Origin: a virus
Lineage: Duplodnaviria > Caudoviricetes
Virus record (IMG/VR): IMGVR_UViG_3300038427_000258
Span: 1-51,980 of that record
Reading direction: 5' to 3' (one strand)
Length of the DNA: 51,980 nt
Below, in pieces: positions 18,999-28,471 of the stretch. Every line of letters starts with the position of its first letter. The stretch's first letter is position 1. The notes beneath the pieces were generated by a model that made no database searches, was not told where the DNA came from, and was given only the letters and a program-made list of their open reading frames with translations. Made by a program: the position numbers and the translations under genes.

Positions 18999-20996
18999 AT
19001 GCGCGGACAAGCGATCACCATCCCCGTTCCTAACTCGGGATACCGCACCGACCAGCCGCCTCATCTCACGCCGCCTGACGCGCTCGTCGCGGGCGTCAAT
19101 GTCTACATTGGACAGGACGGGCTACTGCATCCTCGTTCGGGCTACTCATCCTTGCAGGGCGCGGCAAACACCATCGACGCGCGGATCAACGGCGGCTACT
19201 CCTTTCAGGATCAGAACGGCAATTTCCAGTACGTCGTCAATACCGACCACGATCTTTTCGCGCTGACCGGCACGGGGATGACGTGGGAGAGCTGCCCCTA
19301 CACCTGGCTCAACATGCCCTACGCTTGGGACACCATCCCGCAGGGCTTCGGGTGGGAAGCGGTGACGAACTCGATGTATCCGCTCGACGGTTCGGATACC
19401 GATCCCAGCCAGTTTGCCGTGTTCTTTCAGGGCGGCATCGCATGGGTCGTGATGGTGGATAACTTCTCGAATCCGGTGGCGTGGAACTCCGACCTTGCCG
19501 AGTACCAGCCGGTCAATTACTCGCCTTATCAGATTCTCGAAATTTCTGAATCTGGGACCACCGCGACCATCGTGCTTCAGCAGCCCATGACGAACATTGT
19601 GGTGGGCGACACCATTGTCGTGTCGGGCAATTCCCAATCCGACTATAACGGCACCTGGATTGTTACCGGCGTCCCCACGCCATCGATGCTGACCTTCACG
19701 GCGAACAGCAGCGGCATCGCGATCGGCACGGGGGGCAGCCTCACCGATGAAACCACGATGGTCATGCCGCCGGCGCGCGACATAGCGGTAATCGACAACC
19801 GCATGGTGATAGTGAACACCGTCGAGAACGGTACTCGCTATCTCCATCGGGTGAGGTGGAGCGCGGCGGGCGACTTTACGCGCTGGCCGGTGCTCGCCTA
19901 CAACGACGTGCTCGATGCAGAGGACGATCCGATTGTCGCGATCCAGCCGCTCGGCCAGAATCTCGCCGACGTATGTGGCCAGCAGAGCATCTTCATCCTG
20001 TCGGGGCAGGAGGGCGACGACGCCAACGCATTCGCGACCGAGCGGCTTGAGACCGCCGACGGCTTCGCGGGGCCGGCCTCGCCCGCAGCAATCATCCGCG
20101 CGGAAGGGCTGCAATACTGGGTGAGCTACAAGGGATACATCAAGAGCTTTGACGGCGTGAATGTCACGCCCATCAGCCCGCCAATCGACTTCGCGCTTCA
20201 GGCCAATTTCGACTGCGCGAACGCCTCCAAGTGTCACGCGGCCGAGATTATCTCGCAGCGTCAGATCGTGTTTTTCTTTTCGAGCACTACGACCGCCGGA
20301 TCGCCGGAGCCATATCTCAACGCGCTGGTTGGAGCGCCCGCCACGCCGCCAATCACCAGTGATCCCACACAGGCGGCGGTCTACGACCTCCAGCGGCAAA
20401 TCTTCCTGCCGTTTTACCAATTCAGCGAAGGAATCACCGCGTCCTTTGACGGGCAGATAAACGACAGCATGAACTGGATCAACTGCCCCTACACCTGGAA
20501 CACGATGCCGTATACTTGGGAAAACGCGCCCATTGCGCTCAACACCGACACGATTATCGGGACGGCGGATGGCGAGGTCGATTCGTTTTTTCGCGGCGTG
20601 GCCGATGGGGACAATCTATACCCGGTGCCGTGGGGCGCGACGTGGACCTACCTCTACGACCCGGAGAATATCTACAAATTCCAGTGGGCGGAGTTCTACT
20701 TTCAGCCGGTGGCGGGCGCCGCGATGCAACCGGGCGGCGTCGAAGTAGTCACGATGCTGTTCACCACGCTGACCTTTCCATATGACCCTGGCACGCCACT
20801 GGTGGCGTTCGCGTGCAGCATGGCTGAGGGCTGGCAGAATCAGCCGACGCTTCCAGGGCCGACCAATCCCAACAACGTGCGCAACAATCTCGTGAAGATG
20901 TCGCTGTCGTCGTCGGAAAGCAAAGGCGGCGCGGGGCTCGCGGGCGGGATGCTATTTGGATTCAAGGACGCGAGGGGGCAATACGGAACCGGATAA
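18999..20996 (+). CDS. Tail nozzle / packaged-DNA stabilisation protein (P22 gp10-like beta-propeller)
   Basis: RVRWSA.GDF..W, IVAI.PL and FDG..V.PIS motifs; follows the adaptor. Confidence 0.8.
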   Translation: MRGQAITIPVPNSGYRTDQPPHLTPPDALVAGVNVYIGQDGLLHPRSGYSSLQGAANTIDARINGGYSFQDQNGNFQYVVNTDHDLFALTGTGMTWESCPYTWLNMPYAWDTIPQGFGWEAVTNSMYPLDGSDTDPSQFAVFFQGGIAWVVMVDNFSNPVAWNSDLAEYQPVNYSPYQILEISESGTTATIVLQQPMTNIVVGDTIVVSGNSQSDYNGTWIVTGVPTPSMLTFTANSSGIAIGTGGSLTDETTMVMPPARDIAVIDNRMVIVNTVENGTRYLHRVRWSAAGDFTRWPVLAYNDVLDAEDDPIVAIQPLGQNLADVCGQQSIFILSGQEGDDANAFATERLETADGFAGPASPAAIIRAEGLQYWVSYKGYIKSFDGVNVTPISPPIDFALQANFDCANASKCHAAEIISQRQIVFFFSSTTTAGSPEPYLNALVGAPATPPITSDPTQAAVYDLQRQIFLPFYQFSEGITASFDGQINDSMNWINCPYTWNTMPYTWENAPIALNTDTIIGTADGEVDSFFRGVADGDNLYPVPWGATWTYLYDPENIYKFQWAEFYFQPVAGAAMQPGGVEVVTMLFTTLTFPYDPGTPLVAFACSMAEGWQNQPTLPGPTNPNNVRNNLVKMSLSSSESKGGAGLAGGMLFGFKDARGQYGTG

Positions 20997-21634
20997 TGGG
21001 TGAGTTGCTGAAATCGCAAGAACAGGAACGACCGCTGGGGCAAATCCCACATGCTGCTCTCGGGATGTTGCCTCCTAACCCTACACCGGCGCAAACCCCC
21101 GATCCTTACGCAGCGGCAGTGGAGCAGGCGAAACGCGAATATCCGCGATTTAAGAATATGCCGTTGGCTCTCATCGCAGGGAAACCCGACACTAACGACA
21201 CAGGAACGAGCGAGACTTATCCGATCAATGAAGATAACAATCCCCGGCCTGGGCACGTTACTGTTGAGTTGCGCAATCCACGCGCCATCAATGATCCATC
21301 GACATGGGCCCCTATCGTAGCCTTAGAGGCAATTCACGGATTGCAAGAGAACGATCCGACTTATCAGGCGTTCACCAATCAGATGGTCAAGAGCATGACG
21401 CCTAAGCAATTAGCGATGAGTCGCCGAATGTACGAACGCGACAAGCAACAATACGGGACAACTGAGTCTTTCGATAAGTGGAACGCTCGCGTGAATGCGC
21501 AAGAATGGATTCGTGGGCTGCTCTTCCAAGATTTTTTCAAGAAATGGGAACCGGACGAACCACCGTGGCCCTATACTCCCGAACAGAAGCAATTAGGCAG
21601 GCAGATTGATAGATATTTGAGAGGCCAGAATTGA
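20996..21634 (+). CDS. Hypothetical protein with a metallopeptidase-like xExxH helix
   Basis: IVALEAIHGL; TAATG overlap. Confidence 0.65.
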   Translation: MGELLKSQEQERPLGQIPHAALGMLPPNPTPAQTPDPYAAAVEQAKREYPRFKNMPLALIAGKPDTNDTGTSETYPINEDNNPRPGHVTVELRNPRAINDPSTWAPIVALEAIHGLQENDPTYQAFTNQMVKSMTPKQLAMSRRMYERDKQQYGTTESFDKWNARVNAQEWIRGLLFQDFFKKWEPDEPPWPYTPEQKQLGRQIDRYLRGQN

Positions 21635-21909
21635 GCGTAATGAACAGGCTCCCGCGCCAGCGCCAGCAGGCGGTTCTTCCGAAGAGTACGAAGGACACGC
21701 CGCGCTATTTGTTGAATCAGCGGCGCAACCTTCAGCGGGATTGGGCGACGGTAAGCAAGGCGCTTACCGACCTCTCGATGGTCGGAACTGCGGCACAATT
21801 GCCGGAGCCCGGACAGGGCGGGCGCTTCTTTCTCGCGACCGACACGTTTGAACTTTATGCCGACAGTGGCAATGGCTACTGGATAGTTTTTACGGGGGCT
21901 CAAGCATGA
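21631..21909 (+). CDS. Small tail protein
   Basis: TTGA overlap; GT.AQLP...GRFFLATDT..LY.D.G..W fibre-associated motif. Confidence 0.7.
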   Translation: MSVMNRLPRQRQQAVLPKSTKDTPRYLLNQRRNLQRDWATVSKALTDLSMVGTAAQLPEPGQGGRFFLATDTFELYADSGNGYWIVFTGAQA

Positions 21910-23123
21910 GTTTTTCTCCCGATCCGACTGTGCCTCAAAATACCGAAGCAATCGGCGGCGGCCTCGGCGCATCACGCATCCGCAACATTACGTCGTGGAT
22001 GCTCAATCTCTTCGGCTTCAGCGGCGCCGCACCCGTCACGTTCGCCAACGCGCCCTTTGGCATCGATACGAACAACCTCGTCACGGTGCAGGCCAACCCC
22101 ATCAGCGAGCTTGGCATCGCGACCAAGCAATACGCCGATGCGGCTAGCAGCCCTACTTGCAGCATCACAAATGGCGGAAGCGGGAGCGCTTTCAGCGGGA
22201 CGCTTAGTCCCGCCATCACTGCATACGTAGCACTTGCCCAATATCGTGTGCTTTGGACTCAGGCATCGCAGGGCAACGACACCATTGCTTTTAATGGACT
22301 GACTGCATTGAACGTGCGGAAAAATGTTGGGGGCGCGCTCGTCAATCTGGCTCCCGGCGACATTCCAGCGGGAGCGATTACCAACCTTATCTATGATGGC
22401 ACCAGTCTTGAAGTGACCGGCATTGTGGGGGTGATTCCCACCGCCAGCATCACGAACACAGCGGCAGCGTGGGCCGGTACGACCTCACCGGGACTCAATG
22501 CCTACGTCAATCGCGCGCAGTATATCGTGACGTGGACGGGAGCGGCCAGCCAAGGGAGCGACACAATCAACCTTAACGGGCTGGGCGCTCTCACGGTGAA
22601 GAAGAATGTCGGGGGCGCGTTGGTCAACCTCGCGGCAGGAGACATTCCAGCCGGTGCCACCACGGAGCTAATTTACGACGGAACCTATCTCGAACTCGTC
22701 AATGGCCCGATCACCGTGCCCGCCGGCGGATACGCTGCGCAGAATCTTTCGGGAACGGCGGCGAATACCAGCGCGCTGACCAATGTGACCGGCACGTTGA
22801 GTCTCACGGCGCCGAGCGTCGGCGGTCCCTTCCGTCTGATGGCGTCGTACTTCTGCGCGATTGCGAATGGTGCGACCGGCAACTCGATTGATTTCGAGGT
22901 TAGCGACGGAACGAATGTGTGGGCGTTCAGCAGCGTGGATATTCCAGGGAGCGGCAACGGCGGCACGTCGATGTCGGAAATATCGCCGGTGACCTACGCC
23001 AATGGCGCGTCGGTCTCGCTCAACGTGAAGGCTCTCGCGCTGCATAGTGCTACTCTAGGCGGGGTCAGTTCGCAGGCGTCGCTGCAAAGCGCGCTTAAGG
23101 GCTGGTTCATTCCCTCGACGTGA
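21906..23123 (+). CDS. Tail fibre (no signal peptide) with an internal tandem duplication
   Basis: ATKQYAD motif; two copies of ASQG.DTI..NGL.AL.V.KNVGGALVNLA.GDIPAGA...LIYDGT.LE. Confidence 0.8.
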   Translation: MSFSPDPTVPQNTEAIGGGLGASRIRNITSWMLNLFGFSGAAPVTFANAPFGIDTNNLVTVQANPISELGIATKQYADAASSPTCSITNGGSGSAFSGTLSPAITAYVALAQYRVLWTQASQGNDTIAFNGLTALNVRKNVGGALVNLAPGDIPAGAITNLIYDGTSLEVTGIVGVIPTASITNTAAAWAGTTSPGLNAYVNRAQYIVTWTGAASQGSDTINLNGLGALTVKKNVGGALVNLAAGDIPAGATTELIYDGTYLELVNGPITVPAGGYAAQNLSGTAANTSALTNVTGTLSLTAPSVGGPFRLMASYFCAIANGATGNSIDFEVSDGTNVWAFSSVDIPGSGNGGTSMSEISPVTYANGASVSLNVKALALHSATLGGVSSQASLQSALKGWFIPST

Positions 23124-23133
23124 GGTGAGAGAG

Positions 23134-23694
23134 ATGAGTGAGACAATTCTCGGATCGGTAAACGGGCACGTCGATAGCGCGCCGCTGGTAGCCGAGCGCA
23201 TCATGCGGCTCGACTGCTCGGATATGTCGTCGTGGTATCACTTCCCGCGCTACATCGACCGCTGCCTCGTGTTCGCGCAGCAGCTTTTGGGCTTCAACCA
23301 GATGCAGCTCGCGAACTTCGAGCAGGACTTGCGCAATCGCTGGGCGACGCCCCACGGCTCGCTGTTCATTGCCGTGCTCGATAACTACGCGCGCATGGTG
23401 GGCCACATCCTCGGCTGGGTGAACGTCGATTATGGACAGCCCTACCTGTTCAACTTTCAGGCTGAGATGGACGACGGCTACAGCCTGCTTCCCATCGTGG
23501 ACAAGGTGTTTGCCGAGCACGTCGAATACATCGGATGGGCCAACGCGATGTACGAGAAGGCGGGGCAGAAACTCCGCATCGACAAGGTGCGGACGCAGAC
23601 CATGCGCAATGCGGACGCAATCGTGCGGTATTTGCGGATGAAGGGGATTCAGGGTGTCGTCGAGCGCACGGTAATTGGTTGGAGCGTTAATTAG
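23134..23694 (+). CDS. GNAT-like internal virion/tail assembly protein
   Basis: LFIAVLD...VGHILG pattern; sits just before the ejection genes as in podoviruses. Confidence 0.55.
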   Translation: MSETILGSVNGHVDSAPLVAERIMRLDCSDMSSWYHFPRYIDRCLVFAQQLLGFNQMQLANFEQDLRNRWATPHGSLFIAVLDNYARMVGHILGWVNVDYGQPYLFNFQAEMDDGYSLLPIVDKVFAEHVEYIGWANAMYEKAGQKLRIDKVRTQTMRNADAIVRYLRMKGIQGVVERTVIGWSVN

Positions 23695-23705
23695 GAGAGA
23701 CCACT

Positions 23706-24428
23706 ATCGGCGGCGGACAACAAACCAGCAGTCAGGGTACCGCGGGACCGCGCATCCCGGCGTTCCTGCAACCCGATCTGAAGCTGCTCGAACAAGGCTC
23801 GCTTGGACAGGAGCTTCAAGCGACGGGCGGTTTGCCATCGATTGAGCAGCTTTACGGCCTGACGCCGCAGCAGGGCGTGGCTCCGCTTACGGGCTCGCAG
23901 CTCGGCACCATCTCGAATTACGAGGGCCTCAACACGGGGCCGAATGCGGCCGAAAACACGGCGCTCGGCACGCTGGGCAGTTACGCGAGCGGCGCGCCCG
24001 GGCAAGACCCCGCGAGTCAGGCGGCACTTCAGCAATTCGGCCAGATTACCTCGCCGCAAATCGCGACCAATGCAGCATTGCAGGGACAGGGGAACAGCGG
24101 AGCGGCGATCGAAGGACAGGCTATCGGACAGACCTCGATGCTCGCGCCCTATCTCGAAAACGCGCAGGCCAATCAGCTCGGCGCGGCGAATCAGCTTTTT
24201 GGCGCGGGACAGGGGCTTCAGAATCAGACCCTCAACACGCTAAGCGCGCAGCTTCAGGCCGAAGGCATTCCGCAACAGGAGGCGCAGCAAATCGCCAATT
24301 CACTCTATGCGCAGCAGGAGCAGCAATTTCAGTACGCCAGCGGTGTGCAGCAGCAACCACTCGGTCTGCTCCCCAGCCTCGTCGGGTCGAACTCCACGAG
24401 CGTCAGCACGACGAGTCCGACCAAGTAG
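23706..24428 (+). CDS. DNA ejection (internal virion) protein, probable ATC start
   Basis: AGGAG SD 8 nt before ATC-GGC-GGC-GGA; gives (M)GGGQQTSSQ...IPAFLQP; Gln/Gly/Ala-rich. Confidence 0.8.
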   Translation: MGGGQQTSSQGTAGPRIPAFLQPDLKLLEQGSLGQELQATGGLPSIEQLYGLTPQQGVAPLTGSQLGTISNYEGLNTGPNAAENTALGTLGSYASGAPGQDPASQAALQQFGQITSPQIATNAALQGQGNSGAAIEGQAIGQTSMLAPYLENAQANQLGAANQLFGAGQGLQNQTLNTLSAQLQAEGIPQQEAQQIANSLYAQQEQQFQYASGVQQQPLGLLPSLVGSNSTSVSTTSPTK

Positions 24429-24770
24429 ATGGGTGAAGCACTTTCAGGACAGGGAGCCGCGGCGGGCGGCACGGGCGCGCTCAGCGGTGCCGCTACTGGC
24501 GCGACCATCGGGTCGATTGTGCCAGGCATCGGCACGGCAGCCGGTGCCGGTTTGGGCGCCCTACTGGGTGGCGGCAGTTCGCTGCTCGGTGCGGCCAGCA
24601 AACCAGCTACTCCGGCGCCGCCGATTACTCCTCCGCCGCTCAATAAGGGCAGTCTCACGCCGGTCAACGCCGCTCCGCCTTTGGGGACAAATCCCATCGG
24701 GAGCGTCGGCAAGACTGATCAGCCTTCTTTCGCCGATTTGCTAAAGTTGATTGCTTCAATGAGGCAGTAA
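24429..24770 (+). CDS. Glycine-zipper ejection/pilot protein
   Basis: GAATGATIGSIVPGIGTAAGAGLGALLGG. Confidence 0.8.
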   Translation: MGEALSGQGAAAGGTGALSGAATGATIGSIVPGIGTAAGAGLGALLGGGSSLLGAASKPATPAPPITPPPLNKGSLTPVNAAPPLGTNPIGSVGKTDQPSFADLLKLIASMRQ

Positions 24771-24771
24771 C

Positions 24772-26034
24772 GTGGGCGATGCACTGGAACAACTGAAGGG
24801 CGCGGGCACGTCGGCGATCGGCGGCATCGGCAATGCCGGTTCGAGCCTCATCAGCGGCATCGCCAATCCCGGCCCCAAGACGCAGACCGCTGAAGAGCTT
24901 CTTGGCGTGTTGGGTCTGCTCGGCAGTTCGTATCTCAAGGCGCGCTCGCTCAACGGCAGCTCGTACATCGGCGACCCTCTCGGCATCGCTAGCGCAGGCC
25001 TGCTCAGCAATGGGCTTTATGCGGGTGACCGCAACAATGAGGAATCGCGGCAAAAAAAGCTGGCACAGATCATCATGGGGGCGTTGCCGAGCAAGGAAGG
25101 CGCGGCGGGGCCGGACGAGCCCGAAGGCAGCGTGTTGGGTTCGCTGATTGGCTCGGGCGAGAAGCCCAGCGAGGCGCTCGACATTACGAAAGCGCTCTAT
25201 CCTGCGCCGAAAGAATATGAGCCGGAAAAATTCGTAGATAAAAGCGGCAAAATTGTCTGGAAATCGCCGGGACAGGATGTCACGGGACTCCAACCTTATA
25301 GCGCGCCTAAAGAGCCGAAACCGACCGAGCAACAGAAACTCGACTTCTACGAAAAAGAGCGCAAGATTGCGCAGAAGTATCAGAGGCCACTTGAAACGCC
25401 CACGCAGAAGCAGGCTGACGCCGAAGCGCGCACGACCGGAACCTTTAATGCGCTATCGAAACTGCCGATTACTCGATGGAATCCGCGCGTGACCGCGCTT
25501 TCGACCGATGGAAGCTTAAAGTTGCTGCCGGGGGCGACCGAAGCGGACATCGACAGCGGCAAGGCGCTCCCCGTGCTGACAACGGACATCAAACAATTGC
25601 GTCAGGCCCAGACCGCTGCCGTGACTTTGGACGATTTGGATAAAACCATTGACGGGGCGCTCCCCGTCGATCCCGGCGTAATCAGCGCGTCGGGGATGCT
25701 GGGTCGCAAGATTACCGAAGTTGTCAATCCGACCAAGCTTGCACGCTTCAACGCCGCGCGCCTCGGAGCGGCAGACGCTTTCATCCGGGCGATCACTCAG
25801 CGCGGCAACAAGGCGCAATTCGACGCGGCGATGAACAACATCGTCGGGCCAAATGCGACCGTGGCATCTGCCAAGCAGGGGATTGCTCAGGCGCGCAAGA
25901 TCATCGATGACCTCACAAACGAATTGACGGGCAATGCCAGCTCATCGCTTCGAGGTGCGGCTCTTGGCGCGGTGCCGGGTGCCGAGGCTCCGCCGCCCGG
26001 AGAAGAACCGCCTCCGCCACCGGACTATGAATAA
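24772..26034 (+). CDS. Ejection/internal virion protein
   Basis: GAGG SD, GTG start; synteny; helical. Confidence 0.7.
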   Translation: MGDALEQLKGAGTSAIGGIGNAGSSLISGIANPGPKTQTAEELLGVLGLLGSSYLKARSLNGSSYIGDPLGIASAGLLSNGLYAGDRNNEESRQKKLAQIIMGALPSKEGAAGPDEPEGSVLGSLIGSGEKPSEALDITKALYPAPKEYEPEKFVDKSGKIVWKSPGQDVTGLQPYSAPKEPKPTEQQKLDFYEKERKIAQKYQRPLETPTQKQADAEARTTGTFNALSKLPITRWNPRVTALSTDGSLKLLPGATEADIDSGKALPVLTTDIKQLRQAQTAAVTLDDLDKTIDGALPVDPGVISASGMLGRKITEVVNPTKLARFNAARLGAADAFIRAITQRGNKAQFDAAMNNIVGPNATVASAKQGIAQARKIIDDLTNELTGNASSSLRGAALGAVPGAEAPPPGEEPPPPPDYE

Positions 26035-27392
26035 TGGAAATCATTGACGGCGAGAAAGTTGTAACCAATAAGAAGGACGGCTCGAAGCTGGTACTTCGCG
26101 GCGGCGCATGGGTTCCCTACACACCGAAGCAGGGATCGGCGTATGAGCGTTATTTTGCAAAGCCCGCAACTCAAGCCGTGGGCAACTTACTCACTGGCGG
26201 CCCTGCGGGTCTGTTGTTTCAAGGTCGTCCGTTGCCCATAGGCCCGAAACCGGACAGCCCGATGGCTAGAAAGCTCGCGGAAAATATCGTTCCGCAGACG
26301 CCCGGGCAGGCTGGTCGCGACATCGGCATGATTGCGGGCGGAGAATTGCTCGCGCCGGCAGAAGGTGCGTCGCTCGCATACAAAATTGGCGCTCCGTTGG
26401 GTCGTACGGCTCTGACGGCGCTTACGAGTGCGGTAGGCGAGAAGCTCGCTGGCGGTTCCGCGCTGAAAGGTGCGGAAGAAGGTGCGCTACAACAAGGTAC
26501 CGGCGAAGCCGCAGCCCCAGCGATCAATTTTTTGGGGAGCTATGGAAAGACTGCGCTGAACGCCAAGGACGTAAAGAACGTCGGCGGTTTGGTAAGCGAC
26601 CTGATTCCCTCGCTTGGCGATGTGAGTACCGTACCGAAGTTCGATGCGGCGTTTCGCGGCGGAGAAGCGACCGAGAAGGCTGGTCAAAAGCTCGGCACTC
26701 TCGAAGAATCGATCAGCAAGCAGCTCGGCAAGAAGCCCATCGGGACGATGATGGTGCAAACTTCAGGGCGCACGCCGATGACCGTAAGAGTAAAGGCGTC
26801 CTTCGACGATATGGTGGATAAAATCCGCGACCTCAACCGTATCGGCTACGCGTATTCAGGCGATGCGCAACAAAAAGCGCTCGCGGCGGATGCCCGACGC
26901 GAGGCACACGACCTCACGGAAGAACTGAGCAGCGCGCTGAACAAGCAGCAGCCCGGTCTTGGGGATAAGTTTCTGAAGGTCCGGCGTGAATATGCGAAGG
27001 CCAGTCTGTTCACGCGGATTTTCAGTGACCCCGACCTTTATGATGCGAGTGGACGGCTCAATATGAACACCTTGCAGGAACTCGCGGCCAATCGCGGCTC
27101 TGCGGGTTTCCGCGAGGATTTGATCCGTGTGCTTGGCCGGGACGATACCAACAAATTTCTCGACAAAGTTTATCGCAATGCTCCATCGACCGCGCGAGAT
27201 GTGGACGCCGGACTCAATATGGGACTGAGTTTTCATCCGGGAACGGCAATGCCGCGGATCTTTGCGCATCCTCGATTGGGGCAGAAAGTCGGTGAGATAC
27301 CACGTCGATTGCCAAAAATCTCGCCCACCGCACCCGCCATCCTACTCGGTCGCCTGAAAGATTACCTGAGCCAAGGACAGGTCACTCCATGA
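26034..27392 (+). CDS. Ejection/internal virion protein
   Basis: TAATG overlap; N-terminal NKKDG.KLVLRGGAWVP, Gly/Ala-rich helices. Confidence 0.7.
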   Translation: MEIIDGEKVVTNKKDGSKLVLRGGAWVPYTPKQGSAYERYFAKPATQAVGNLLTGGPAGLLFQGRPLPIGPKPDSPMARKLAENIVPQTPGQAGRDIGMIAGGELLAPAEGASLAYKIGAPLGRTALTALTSAVGEKLAGGSALKGAEEGALQQGTGEAAAPAINFLGSYGKTALNAKDVKNVGGLVSDLIPSLGDVSTVPKFDAAFRGGEATEKAGQKLGTLEESISKQLGKKPIGTMMVQTSGRTPMTVRVKASFDDMVDKIRDLNRIGYAYSGDAQQKALAADARREAHDLTEELSSALNKQQPGLGDKFLKVRREYAKASLFTRIFSDPDLYDASGRLNMNTLQELAANRGSAGFREDLIRVLGRDDTNKFLDKVYRNAPSTARDVDAGLNMGLSFHPGTAMPRIFAHPRLGQKVGEIPRRLPKISPTAPAILLGRLKDYLSQGQVTP

Positions 27393-28471
27393 AACGACTG
27401 GGGGCGTGGGTATTGCTGATATTGCTGGTGTGGTGCGGTGTTGCGTCGGCGCAAACCGCCACAGCGACCGCGACGCCGATTCCGACGCCGACCGCTACTG
27501 CGACGCCCACCCCCACGGCGACACCAACCCCGACTCCGACACCGACGGCTACGCCGACCGCAACGCCTACTGCCATCTGCGGCTACGATGGAAACGCATA
27601 CAATTCAAATTCAGGCACGGGAACTAGCGTAACCATCAGCTTTACGGGCGGTCAGGCGAATAGTCTCGCGTTGGTGCAGGTTAACCTGGCTATTCCTACG
27701 GCATCGGCGACGCCTTATCCGCCCGTCGAGTATGCTTTTGAGTCGTTGCCCTCGAATTGGTATGAGGTAGCAGCCACCGCGGAAAGCGAGCAGACGCCAC
27801 CACAAGGGGCAAGCTTCTTACTGGCTTATCAGCTCCCCAGTTCGAGCACGAGTCCGGTGGTTCTGACGACTGGGGCGGGATCTACTTATTATAGTTGGCA
27901 AGAACAATCGTTTTATGGCGTGCCGACTTGGCTCGACACGCTACAAGCTGCCGCGAGCGCCGGTGAAGATAGCGGATTAAGCGCCACGTCCTATCCTCAG
28001 GGTTCCGTAATTACTAATCCCTTTCCGTGGCTACCCGGCCTAGAAGTATTCTTCACTGGCACGACATACACGGGGACCGACAATACATTTTCAACTCCGA
28101 TTTGGTCCTACGGGAGTCCCGTCCTGATCGGTCAGACCAGCGGGGTCGAATATCCCGATGCTATGGCGTATCAGTATTTTCCCACGACTCCCCCGAATTT
28201 GGGGCCAATCGTATGGCCGATGAGCATCGGCACCTATGCGTTCGGGCGAGCGGGGAACTTCGCGGTGGGACTATCGTGTGGTGCATCTACCCCGACACCT
28301 ACGCCGACAGCCACTCCAACCGCAACAGCAACTGCGTCAGCCACCGCGACCGTTGCCCCGACCGCTACGGCAACGCCCACAGCGACCCCGAGCCCTGCGC
28401 CTACACCTTACTGCCCTCCGCATGGGGGACCGGCCTACTACACTCCGAGCGCTAACCAATGTTTCGGATGA
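27389..28471 (+). CDS. Secreted tail-module protein: beta domain flanked by two TP/TA repeats
   Basis: MKRLGAWVLLILLVWCGVASA|Q; 4 mature Cys; ATGA overlaps at both ends. Confidence 0.8.
   Translation: MKRLGAWVLLILLVWCGVASAQTATATATPIPTPTATATPTPTATPTPTPTPTATPTATPTAICGYDGNAYNSNSGTGTSVTISFTGGQANSLALVQVNLAIPTASATPYPPVEYAFESLPSNWYEVAATAESEQTPPQGASFLLAYQLPSSSTSPVVLTTGAGSTYYSWQEQSFYGVPTWLDTLQAAASAGEDSGLSATSYPQGSVITNPFPWLPGLEVFFTGTTYTGTDNTFSTPIWSYGSPVLIGQTSGVEYPDAMAYQYFPTTPPNLGPIVWPMSIGTYAFGRAGNFAVGLSCGASTPTPTPTATPTATATASATATVAPTATATPTATPSPAPTPYCPPHGGPAYYTPSANQCFG

Noticed and set aside
10382-20420. Long minus-strand ORFs (10382-11437, 12800-13444, 13709-14524, 19146-20420 and similar)
   Set aside because: Antisense shadows of GC-rich genes with clear plus-strand function; no SD or motifs
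22150-22700. Diversity-generating retroelement TR/VR pair in the tail fibre
   Set aside because: In-frame domain duplication with differences not restricted to adenines; no reverse transcriptase in the genome
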